Assembly: GCA_043228905.1 (NCBI GenBank)
Contig: JBHGNT010000094.1
Location: 1-64,000, forward strand
Length of the DNA: 64,000 bases
DNA from: Azolla caroliniana
Lineage: Eukaryota > Plantae > Polypodiophyta
Reading direction: 5' to 3'
Shown here: positions 52,803 through 64,000 of the stretch, piece after piece
Numbering within the stretch: the stretch's first letter is position 1
Layout: each line of letters starts with the position of its first letter
Made by a program: the position numbers and the translations under genes
The notes under the pieces: model-generated
What the model was told of the DNA's origin: nothing
Database searches by the model: none
The model's input: the letters and a program-made list of their open reading frames with translations, nothing else

Positions 52803-54960
52803 ATGTATTCTCTTTCTCAAAATGATACTTAGCACATAACACATGATATGTGTGCAAGCACAGTGTAATCACAACATCCATAGCCTCCAGCTTGAATCCG
52901 AGGTCACAAAATATACACCTAGCAGATTGCAAACACAAGTTATAATATATTAGTTAATATGATATTTATACCACAAAAGTAGAAATAAATAACTTTTAAA
53001 GCCAATACCGTGATATAGCTATACTAGTAATGGTACTTTCCATACCACTTGGGTGCTCAATTACAGATGGACACAAAGTTTCAAAACCTTTTTGTTTTAA
53101 ATCCTGCATCAAGCACGCAAGGTTCTGAAAATGCAACTTTAAAGTTGACAAGTTATTATCTATTTCGGACAAGGTCTCTCATCTGTGAACCTAATTGAGT
53201 GCCCATATTGTTTAGCTCTTTCTTCAACTCCTCTTTCAACACCTCACTTTCTGAATTTTGGATTGTCGATGCAATCCATTCATATGTAGTCTTTAATGAA
53301 GAGAATTTCTTTTCTGCCTTTATCTCAACTGATTTAACTGCTTCCAAATCAGCAAGTAGTGCTTGTATTCTTGAGCTCATAGAAGCTATGCAATTGGCCA
53401 TCATATGTTCATGCTTTTCAGTCATTGTGGCCCGTACCTTTGCAGATTGAACTTGGTGGACAGGTGTTGTAGCCGGAATATCCACATGAGAGGTTCCCGA
53501 TGACTTCAAGCCAGTGTTGGTACTGGAGGACCCTTTATAATGTTCTGACCGGTGCCGATTAAAATCTTCCCAATCTACGTCGATGCCACCCTGAACTTCA
53601 CATGCAAGTGCACGTGCAAAAACAGTACCCACCTCATTGTTACAGATTTGATTTGTATCATAAACATGTTCATATCTCGTCTTCAATAAGTTCACATATT
53701 CCCTCTTCAATCCACTTATGTGGAATCCTCGCCTTGTATCGGGATGTGCTGACCCCTAGGTTTTTATCAACCACTCTCTCAGCTTAGGATAAACTTCAGG
53801 TCGTGCTCGAAGGAAATAACTCCATCCAAGAGGTGTGTCTCGAATGATGGAGTTGTACATCTTCTTTCTCTGTGTTGATGAATTCATTACCCTTTCTCTT
53901 GTGGGTGTCTTCTTGCTTTCTTTGATAGGTGTCCTTTTTCCTTCCTTCACTGGTGTCTTCACTTTCTCTTTCATCAATGTCTTCTTTATGGGTGTCCTTC
54001 TCGTCATTGTCCTAGTCATCACTATTCTTGTTGAATGAATATGCATGTACTAGAATAAAACTCATCAAATTACCATCACTACATAGCAAATCATCACATT
54101 GCATGTACAAGCCATGTCAAACACACAAAAACCCTAAATAGTAGGAAGAAAACTCATCCATGTCTAACACATACAAATTAAAAACAGACAGACAGGAAAC
54201 ACAGAGAAAACGAAAACATACCAACAAAACGAAAACATAGCAACTCATCATAGCCAACTCCATCTAAGTTGCATGTACAAACCATGTCAAACACACAACC
54301 ACCCTAAACAGTAGGAAGAAAACTCATCCATGTCAAACACATACAAATTAAAAACAGACAGACATGAAACATAGAGAAAAGGAAAACATATCAGTTGGGC
54401 ATGCAACACATAGAATATGAATAATCAAAACCTAAAAATGCCCATACACATACAAATTAAAAACAAACGGACAGGAAACACAGAGAAAACGAAAACATAC
54501 TAGTTGGGCATGCAACACAAAGAATACCTGGAGGTCGTACAAGCTGCACATGGATTGATGGATCGAAGGCAAATGGAGCCAAGGTCAAGGCAGAGGTACC
54601 ACACCTTGGGAGCACACCAAGCCTTCAAAATCACCTATATGCAAGAGGTTGTTGACGAGGTTGTTGACGAGGTTGTTGTAGAGGAGACAAATGAGCATAC
54701 ACAAGGAAAGAAAATCAACAACAAGAACATCAATCCGGGGAAACAGAAATCTCTGCATATACAGAGAGAGAGAGAGAGATCGAACCTGGCACAGAGGGGA
54801 ACACAACAACAACTACGCGGGGAAACAGAGAATCGAAGGTGGAGTGAGAGAGAGAAACAGATATTCGAAGGTGGAGTGAGAGAGAGAAAGAGAGAGATAG
54901 GTAATAGATATGTGTCCTCTTTCTAACTTTCTGCCACTGTCTGTCTGACAACTTCCAGAC

Positions 54961-55008
<48 letters not shown>

Positions 55009-55309
55009 GAGACTGAGACTGAGACTGACCAACTATCACATTCGAAACCTTCTCCAGGTGTGCTTTCATACAACTCTACCTAGGAGAATGAAGTTACAAT
55101 TAATGTATTAAATACAGCCTTGGGACATTTCAAGTGTGATGTATAATATCTTTGTACATTCGAGTGTGATGTAATGAATTTGTTATTTGAAATTGAACAC
55201 CATTCAATAGATGATAATTGTTTTATTTTCCATTTTTAATGTTTATTTTCTTCCTCGATTTAGTACTAAATTTTTGGCCAAAAGTTGGTACACCGCAGCA
55301 TGCTTTGAC

Positions 55310-58300
55310 CCGTGTAGGAATGTCATGTTGACATCCAGTTGCTCTATCTCAAGGTCCATGCTTGCCACTATGCCCAAGACCGTCCGGATGGATGTCATCT
55401 TTACTACCGGGGCAAAGATCTCATCAAAGTCCACTCCTTTCTTTTGCTGGAAGCCCTTCACCACGATTCGGGCCTTATACCTTGGCAGATTTCCGGCGTC
55501 TCCCGGTTTCAGCTTGTACACCCACTTGTTCCGGAGTGCCCTCTTTCCTTTTGGCAACTCCACCAATTCATATGTGTGGTTCTCATGCAGGGAATCCATC
55601 TCATCCTGCATGGCACTCAACCAGTTGCAGTTGTGGGTGTCTCCCCTTGCTTCTTCAAAGCTTTCCGGCTCCCCCTCATCGGTTAGCAACACATGCTCTG
55701 CATCCGGAAATCTTCGGGGGCTCTTCTCTCCAGAAGAGGATATCTCCGTCCTTGGTTTCTGACTGCCGGTTCCTCCGTTTGTTCCGAATTCAAATTCGAT
55801 TCGGGATCTTATCCGGTTCCGGTGTCTTCTTCTTCTTCTTCTTCTTCTTCTTCTTCTTCTTCTTCTTCTACTTCAATCGGTTCAATTTCTTGTCCGTATC
55901 CGGCCGGTTCATCAAGTGTCATCCAGTTACCGGCTAACATCCGGTTTTCAACCGGGTATATCCTTTTGTCCTCAAGCCGGTTTTCAATGGATGATCCAGA
56001 GTTCGTTACCTTCTTCTCCGACTCCCAGTCGGCAATGGTCCTGTCTTCCATGAAGACTATGTCCCGACTCCGGAACACCTTTCTGTCGACCAGATCCCAC
56101 ACTCGGTAACCGAACTCATCATCGCCTTATCCAAGGAATATGCATGGCCGGGACTTCGGATCCAACTTTGCTCTCTTGTCCTTCACCACATGCACGTATG
56201 CGAGACACCTGAACATCTTCAAATGCCGGTAAGACACATCCTTACCAGTCCATACTTTCTGTGGTGAGTCTCCGTCCAAGGGTACTGAGGGTGATCTGTT
56301 TATCACATAGGTTGTCGTCGTCAGCGCCTCAGCCCAAAACGTCTTGGGTAACTTGGCATGTGTGAGCATGCTCCGGACTCTCTCCATTATGGTCCGATTC
56401 ATCCTTTCGGCCAGCCCGTTTAGTTTCGGAGTCTTCGGCACGGTGAATTCGAGTCAGATTCCCTTCGACCGGAAGTACTCCTCGAACTACCCCTGGTATT
56501 CTCCTCCGTTGTCCGCTCGAACCGCCTTCAGCTTCCGGTCGGTTTCTCTTTCCATTCTCGCGTGGAGCTCCTTGAAGACGGATAACACTCAGTTCTTCGT
56601 CTTCAACGATGAGACCGACAGCTTCCTTTTGTGCTCGTCTATGAACATCACGAAGTACTGCGATCCAGCATATGACTTCGTGTCGACTTGACACACATCG
56701 GTATGCACCAGCTCCAGTGGTGCATTCCGTCTCATCGGTGGTCTTGACCAGAAGGAGGTGCGGTTTTGCTTGTAGGCCAGGTAGTCAGTGCACTTCTCGA
56801 GTTGCACGTCCTTCACCGGAATGAGGTTGACTTCGGCAAGCCTCTTCATCCCCTTCTCACTCATGTGACACAACCTTTTGTGCCACAGCTCACCGACAGT
56901 GTCGGATGCTACGTTCACTTCTTCCCGGCATATTCGGGCATGCATCAAGTACAGTGTGTTGACCTTCCGGGCTCAAGCCACTATTAAGCTCCCTTTGTAG
57001 AACTTCATGACACCGTTCCAGATGCTACCTGTGTAGCCTTCATCATCTAGCCTACCAGTTGATATCAGGTTCAGTCAAACCTCCAGATCGTGTCGGACAT
57101 CCTTCAACAGCAACTTGCATCCGGTTGATGTTGTCAACAACACATCTCCTATGCCGATAATTCAGCATGTCCCTTCATTCCCCATCTAGACATAGCCGTG
57201 CTCACCGGTTGTGTAGGATGAGAAACATTTCCGGTCCGGGGTAAGGTGGAACGACGCTCCGGAATCGACAACCCACGTTGTCTCATCGATGGCAAGGTTC
57301 AACTCACTCTCCTCGGTGATAAGCATTAGTTCTTCTTCACTTGCCGCGATTGCCGTCGTTCCCTTTCGGTCTGGACCTCACCGATCCGAACCGTTTTGGT
57401 CTAGTGACTTCTTCAGATCGGAACTGTTGGTTCCCTTGTACTTCCGGAAATGTCGACAATTCTTCTGGAAGTGCAGTGGCTTGCCGCCATAAAAGCAAGT
57501 GGGCCTCCCCCTTGACTTTGATCGTGTCCCCGACTTTTCCCGGTTCTTGGGACTCCGATTCCTTTGTCTTCCGCATTCCGATTCGGTAAGGAGGGCTTTG
57601 GTGTTGGAGATCACCTCCTTGTCTTTCCGACGTGCCTCCTCATCTAGCAAGCTCGACTTGACTCTTGCTAGGGATAGATGTTTTCCTTTTGGCCCGGCGT
57701 TGCCCAACGTGACAACTAACGTCTCCCAACTATCCGGGAGGGAACTGAGCAAGAGTAGAGCAAGTACCTCATCGGCGATAGGTACTTCCAATGAGGTTGC
57801 TTGGTGTATCAACCCCTGGAAGGCATTCATGTGCTCTGCCATATTGGAGCCGTCTTGGTACCGGAGCCTCACTAGCTTCTGAAATACCAAAACCCGATTA
57901 ACGACATTCTTGTTCTAGAACATGATGTTGATCTTCTCCCAGAGTTCATGAGTCTTGCTCTCTTCTTGAAGTTGTTGTACAAGCTCATGTCGATGAAGCA
58001 CTAGATGTATGTCGTCGTCTTCATGTGCATCACCTCCCACACCGTGGCGTCGATCTTATCCAGTCTCTTGTCCCCGAACTGAACCGGCAACCAAAGATCT
58101 TTAACCACCAGCATGTCCCTCATCTTCGAGTTCCACATTGAGTAGTTGGAGCCGGTGAGCTCGAACATGCCGCCGAAAGATTCTTCCATTTTTTGTGTTG
58201 TTCACTCTGATACCAGATTGACGGGAAATATGTGGAATATTACTCGGCCACAACTGAGTCTCAGATCGTGTCGTTTCAAATCGAAACACCGAGAATGGGA

Positions 58301-58832
58301 ATAGAGGTGAATACACGTACACACAGACAATATGAGAGAGGGTACACAATATGTTTACATGGAAAACCCTAAATGGGAAAAACCACATGAGTCCACAAAC
58401 TCCAACTATCACTATGTCTAGAGGAATACAACAAGTGAACACAGAGGTAACAACCTCTTGCTCACAATCTTTGCCTGGCGGCAGTTACAACAGAGACTCA
58501 CTCTGTATCTCTCTCTCTCACACACACACACACACTGTACAATAGTTACACTCAATAGCTCTATACAACAAATAGTTTCAACACCCTTAGGTGTTTGCCC
58601 TAGGTCATATTTATACTAATATGACTTTCAGGCTATTTACAAATATAGCCCGAGTGGGCTCTTTGGAACATATTTACATATATGACCCTTCATCCAGTGA
58701 GGGGTACTCACCGGGCTTGCATCATCCGGTTCTCACCGGGTCTTCCGTTGTCGGGTACTCATCATTCGGTTCTCACTAGGTCTTCCGTTGCAGGGTACTC
58801 ATATCCGATCCGGAGGGACCGAAATCCTAACA
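55310..58832 (-). mobile_element. Copia E 5' half (5' LTR, PBS, gag, PR, INT, RT N-part)
   Basis: LTR 58219-58832, PBS (reverse complement of TGGTATCAGAG) 58205-58215, gag from 58189, RT breaks at FLHG (~55310), TSD ATAAG 58833-58837, (GAA)n poly-Glu tract 55826-55869. Confidence 0.92.
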
Positions 58833-59108
58833 ATAAGTGCCAACGATAATGCCACATACCACCTTGCGGAGCTAGATGGATCCAGGTTGGCCATACCCAT
58901 TGCGGGAAAAAGAGTAAAGATTTTCAAGAAAAGACAAGACGAGGATCCTGACCTCGATCACCTCGACGATGAAGATAGTAGGATGCAGCCTACAAACTTG
59001 AGTTATGTACACGAGGACGTGGAGGAATCTAATTGATCACCATAGCCGAAATCTCACACTCTCTCTTATTGGCACGTACCGGAGGACGTGCGGTTTGGTG
59101 GGGGTGGA

Positions 59109-60308
59109 TGTCGTGAAGATTTTCGGCAACAGTGTGAAAATTGCATGGAATGTACAAAATCGAGAGTGTGGTTCTTCACACACAATATGAAACAATAATA
59201 ATGAAGATATTATTTTATATCTTGATACGAAAAGATGGATGTCTTCAAGACCTTCCTAATCCATTTTACTACATGTGAAATGGACAACTTAGTGTCAAGT
59301 TATGTGAGTGTAAAGTTTGAGAAGAAGAAGAGAAAAACAAAAACTGTGCGATATCCCACATAGATAGGACAAATCAAGATCCCTCAATATATAAACAAAG
59401 CTGGAACTTATTACTTTTTTTCTATGAGTGGAACATAAAATGTTCTTGGCTAAACTGTGGCTTAACTACTCGTAATGGTTTTGGCGGAACCGGATGGCGA
59501 CGGAGCCAGAATCGGACCGTGATGGAGCTGGAACCGACACCGGCACCGGAATTGGAATGGATGGACGGCGACGAAACCGAAACCAGAACGGATAGACCGG
59601 ATCACCGGATTGGAAGCGAACCTGATAGACAGATTGATCGGATAGGTTGATAGCGACGATTTCGGTGTGAAACGAACAAAATCATCTAGACTAAAAAAAC
59701 CTATTAGAAATTTGTAATCAAAGGGATGCAAGCAAGGCTTGAACCTTGCACCTCCAAGATAGGAGGCAATGAACTTACCACTAAGCCAAGTCATGTCTTT
59801 TGAAATGTTTTTACTCTCATTATACTCTCACATGTAAACTTTCATGTTAAAGCTCGATTGAGTGACATGGTTATCATGCATCACATGTAATACATGAGCG
59901 TCGAGTCGCAAACATGCATCTCATGCATGTCTTGCACCCTCACAAGCATCATATGCATGGGGGCATCTATAAAAGAGTGGATGGATAGGAAAAACAGGCT
60001 AGATATTAATCAAGAAAGCTTTGTACTTGATATCAAATTTAATATTAGGAAGAAAATTCGTTATCCTTTTGATGATATATCTTGTTCTTCAAATCTAAAG
60101 TCAAGAGTTCAATCTTAATCTCTCTTTCTATTTCAATCGTTCTAAATCTATTTCAAAATTGGAATCTTAATCTCAATCTCTCTCTCTCTCTCTCTCAATC
60201 TATCTTAAATCCTTTCTCGCTAAAGCGAGTGCGTACTTCGAGTCCTTCCGGTCCAGAAACCTGGCGGTTTCGCCTCACGATCGCACATAGTGACGGATCT
60301 TCACGACA
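59109..60308 (+). repeat. 3' LTR of gypsy A
   Basis: Direct repeat of 9172-10395, preceded by the hairpin and GGTGGGGGTGGA. Confidence 0.95.
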
Positions 60309-60788
60309 CCGTATCAGCCGTGAAGATTTTCTTAAGGTTCCCCCATGCCTCCTTCGGCGTTTTTGCCTCTCGAATGTAGTCGAGCATGTGATCATGTACG
60401 CAGGATGCAAGGCAATACAACACACAACTCGCAGCCTGCTCCCAGGCTATGTAGTTAGCATGTGTCGTGTTGGGTTGTATTTCTTGTGCTCCTTTCATGT
60501 AGCCCCAATAGCCTTGGCTAACAAGGCATTGGTGCATCTTTTATTCCCAAGATGCAAAATTGTTTCTGCAAAGTTTCTCGATAGGAAGAGCGCTTCCCAT
60601 CCGAGTATTCATCTTGAGTCTTCTTCTTCTTCTCTGTGATACGAATTGTGCAGGTTGCTGCTACAATGATCAACCGGTTCTTCGTGAACATAGGCTTAGA
60701 CACAGCACACGCGGATAAGCTTGGATCAGGCTACCAATTGCTTTGATACCATGTAAATAAATGAGAGTGATTATGTGCAACGGAAGTG

Positions 60789-60885
<97 letters not shown>

Positions 60886-61191
60886 ATGGAGAGAAATAGA
60901 GAGCTCGACGTATATAGAAAATGCAGGTGAAAACTGTATTAAGAAGGAGCAAAATACAAGAATAACCAACGACAGTTACAAGGGAGGTGAGAGAGCACTT
61001 ATATAGTCACCTTCCCACTATTCTCTTTCTAAAAGCATCACTTAACTAAAGAGAGGTGTAGTCTTAACTACACTGAATATGTGACATAGAACTATAATAT
61101 TATATGACATACTAGTTACTATAGTAGGTGGCGGGTGTTCACACACTAGAGTGTGTTCCCACACTAGGGAAGTTGAGTTTGATTCTCAACA
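60309..61191 (-). mobile_element. Copia I 5' part: gag N-terminus, PBS and 5' LTR
   Basis: PKEAWGNLKKIFTADT; PBS (reverse complement of TGGTATCAAAGC) 60740-60751; LTR 60752-61191 whose start TGTTGAGAATCAAACTCAAC resembles the K LTR start. Confidence 0.88.
60790..60875. repeat. (TG)~43 microsatellite inside the copia I LTR
   Basis: Direct reading of the sequence. Confidence 0.95.
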
Positions 61192-63960
61192 TTTTGAATT
61201 TAGTTTTTTCTGTTGTTTTGCCCTCTCTGTCTCTCTCTCTAATACTGTGTATTCTCCATTCCTTGTGTTTACCTAATTGTTGCTACAGTCCGGTTGAGCC
61301 GACTACGTCTCTGTACAAGCTTCCACATCTTACTCTTTACAAGACATTTGTATTTAATGCAAATGTGATGCCTCCCTCCAAAGGAGTACAGATCCCCTTG
61401 TAATGGGCGTATACAACAGAGAATCTGTAATAAACGAAAAAGGAGTACAGATTTATACAAGGTTGTCGAACAATTTGGTTTTGTTCGAGTCTGCAAAATC
61501 CGAGAGCAGAAGGCCAAATTGGCCGAAGTCAGAAGAGATGAAGCTGAGCCTCGAACTGTCAAAGGTGATTGTCCAAAACCATTTGAATGTCCGACTCAAT
61601 TGGACCGATCATTTGTTAAGCCCATTTGGTGCATGAGGGATCAGAATCGATCCACTAAAAGACACATGATCATCCCATCTACGACATTATTGACTGTAGG
61701 TACCTTCTTGAGGTCGATTTTCCCTGAAATGACATAGTCCCGAACAAAGTGATATCTCACATCAATATGCTTCGAGGCGTTGTGCTGAACCAGATTTTTC
61801 GATAGAGTGACAACACCTGACTGTCGTTGTAGACAATTGGAGCCGAGTTAGAGTCGACTTGTCAAAACGTGCAAGCCAACCGACCGAGCCATAAGGCCTC
61901 TTTTGTCGCATCCGACGCGGCTATGTATTCGGCTTCGGTCGTTGATGTGGTAGTGCACTCCTAAAGTTTTGATTTCCACGAGATCGCTCCATTGCCAAAT
62001 TTGAAACAATATCCGGTTGTCAATTTTCGACTGTCCACACAGCCGGCAAAGTCTAAGTTGGTGTATCCGACTACGCCTAAAGCATCATTCGGGCCAGATA
62101 GGATGCCATATTCTTTTGTGCCCATCAAATATCTGAACACATGCTTGACTTCGTTGCAATGCAATCGGCCAAGATTTTGCATCAGACTCCGATGGTGTGA
62201 GCAATGTCAAGTCGTGTCACGACCATCGCCTACATCAAGGAGCCGACTGCCAATGCATACGGTACCAACTTCATAACTTCCTCCTCCAGACCAGATGTCG
62301 AGTAGTCTTGTTGAGATAACCGAAGATTAATGGGGGGCGGGGTTGAAGCAAGTTTGGCCGATTACATGTTAAAGTGTTCTAAGACATGTCCAATATAGTC
62401 AGATTGAGACAGAAACAACTGTTGTCGGTTCTGATTCTGACTTATCTGCATGCCGAGAATGTGTCTTGCCGGACCGAGGTCCTTCATGGCAAACTTCAAT
62501 TGCATATACCGAACAAGTTCGACGAGTTCTCCGACATGTCAACCAGAGAGTAGCATGTCGTCCACGTAGATGATGAGGAAGATGGGAGACCCAACTCGAG
62601 ATGTTTTGGTGAAGAGACAGTGGTCCTCATTGCTCTTTGAGAAGCCGACTAATTAGATAAAGTTGTCAAACTTCTTGTACCACTGTCTCGATGCCTACTC
62701 TAGGCGGTATAGACTCTTCTTGAGTCGGCAAACTAGATGTTCCTGGCCAGATTCCACAAAGCCTTTCGGTGTCCCCATATAAATTTCCTCCTCTAGATCA
62801 CCATGGAGGAAGGCCATTTTTACATCTAGCTGGATCAACTCCATGTCCTTGGCTGCCACTACGCCGAGTAGAAATCGAAGGGTCATCATTTTCACCACTG
62901 GTGAAAAGATCTCGTCGAGTTCAGCACCATATTCTTGTCGGAAGCCCTTAGCTACTAATTTGGCCTTGAATTTTGGGGTGGCCGAATTAGACGTCTCTTT
63001 TAATCTGTAGACCCACTTGCACGGAAGAGCACGTTGATTTTTTGGTAGTTCAACCAAATTCCAAGACTTGTTTGCCCGAATGGAGTTCATTTTCGACTCC
63101 ATCGCCAGATGCCATGTGGCCAAATTGGTTGATACCGATGCTTCTTCATATGACTTAGGTTCGCCTATGTCCATAAAGAAGATTCCAGGAGAGTACCTCT
63201 CTGGGGGCTGCAACTGTCTCTTGGATCTTCGAGGTATGATTGGACTAGTCACATCGGGTGTCTGAGTCGAATGGTTCAAAGCCAAATCATTCGGTTGTGC
63301 CGAGTCAAGCGTTGCCCAATCGATGTGAGGGGATTCAACTACCCGTGAAGCCAACCTCGTGTTATGGGTTGGGCCTTCGTGAAGGGTCGACACATATGAA
63401 AAGATTACCCTTCCGACTTCAATAGGCCTTTCGGTCGTCTTGTGATAGCCGACTCATTGAACACTACGTCCGAACTTTGGACGATCTGTTTGTGCTTGGG
63501 GTCCTAGAGTCGGTATCCGATCTCATTGTCTGGTCCATAGCCAAGGAAAATAAATTTCCTAGACCTTGGTTCTAATTTGCGGCGGTCGTCTTTCGGTATG
63601 AGGGCTTACGCCTTGCATCCAAAAAACCTCAGCTTCTTGTAATTCGGCTTCCTATTGGTCCATAGTTCCTAAGGTACTTGAAGTCCTAGTGGCCTACTCG
63701 GCGACATGTTAATTATGTGTACATCTGTAAGTAGGGCCTCTGCTCAGAAGCCATTCGACAGTCCGGAGTGTTGGAGCATGGATACTATCCGTTCTTGAAT
63801 TGTCCGATTCATCCACTCGGCAATTCCATTCTGATCCGGACTTTGTGGTGCCATGTATTCACGTCTGATGTCGCACTGTCGACAAAATCTAACGAATTCT
63901 TCTGACTTGAAGGCATTTTAGCTTTCGACTATACTGATTTTCTACCATTGCGAGCCATAT
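61192..63960 (-). mobile_element. Degenerate copia J (F-related): INT, RT, RNase H, PPT, partial 3' LTR
   Basis: ORFs 62695-63393 and 61961-62182 closely parallel element F; PPT region ACGCCCATTACAAGGGGA at ~61392-61410. Confidence 0.88.
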
Positions 63961-64000
63961 TATTCGTGAAGAAGAAGGATGGCTCTCTACGCTTATGTGT
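63961..64000 (+). pseudogene. Start of a gypsy RT fragment at the window edge
   Basis: Reads FVKKKDGSLRLC, a typical gypsy RT motif; only 40 bp are visible. Confidence 0.55.

Larger units (their letters stand above)
50648..54046 (-). pseudogene. 5' exons of the T accessory gene: basic N-terminus, coiled-coil-like region, RING-H2
   Basis: ORFs 54046-53756 and 53710-53156 (one frameshift), exon 53103-53009, RING exon 52918-51972 split by solo LTR H, half-exon 50673-50648. Rebuilt sequence CIFC-x15-CLHTYHVLC-x10-CMDC is C3H2C3. Confidence 0.78.
9172..60308 (+). mobile_element. Outer Ty3/gypsy element A with nested insertions (51 kb span)
   Basis: Direct LTRs 9172-10395 and 59109-60308 (TGTC...CGACA). 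4-bp TSD CCGT (9168-9171 and 60309-60312). Removing the span restores copia I gag KIFTADT|ATRKLQLRQE. Internal pieces: gag 10411-11572 plus 20874 onward, PR 21470-21907, RT-RH-INT to 24578, INT 50046-50647 (inverted), INT end 58833-59036. Confidence 0.93.

Noticed and set aside
52429-52844. ORFs with 18-aa repeats (SPGLHHPALRSRVLLIRS)
   Set aside because: Translation of the 54-bp tandem repeat within solo LTR H

Overview
Plant genomic DNA, probably a non-seed plant such as a fern, lycophyte or bryophyte (inferred from the TE repertoire and AG/AC microsatellite load, not proven). It holds one intact host gene, a 5-exon type-A cytokinin response regulator (5671-7805, 219 aa). Almost everything else is a nested TE pile. 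A Ty1/copia gag is split by a 51-kb insertion (9172-60308) bounded by the LTR pair of a tRNA-Trp-primed Ty3/gypsy element (A). Inside A lie a solo LTR (C), a gypsy with inverted LTRs (B), a copia (E) carrying a second copia (F) and a young non-autonomous gag-PR element (G), and a ~11-kb DNA-transposon-like unit (T) carrying a near-intact gypsy (D) and a solo LTR (H). A 26-kb inversion (24579-50647) scrambles the nest. Undoing the inversion and removing the solo LTR shows that T carries two convergent spliced genes, a Sola-like DDE transposase and a RING-H2 accessory protein, with TAGTACTA-rich tandem arrays in the long intron of each. The gypsy lineage shows a conserved G-GAU-UUU slippery site plus candidate pseudoknot between protease and RT, a DHGS protease motif, CG-centred 4-bp TSDs and a covarying hairpin before the PPT. 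All coordinates and alignments were read by eye.
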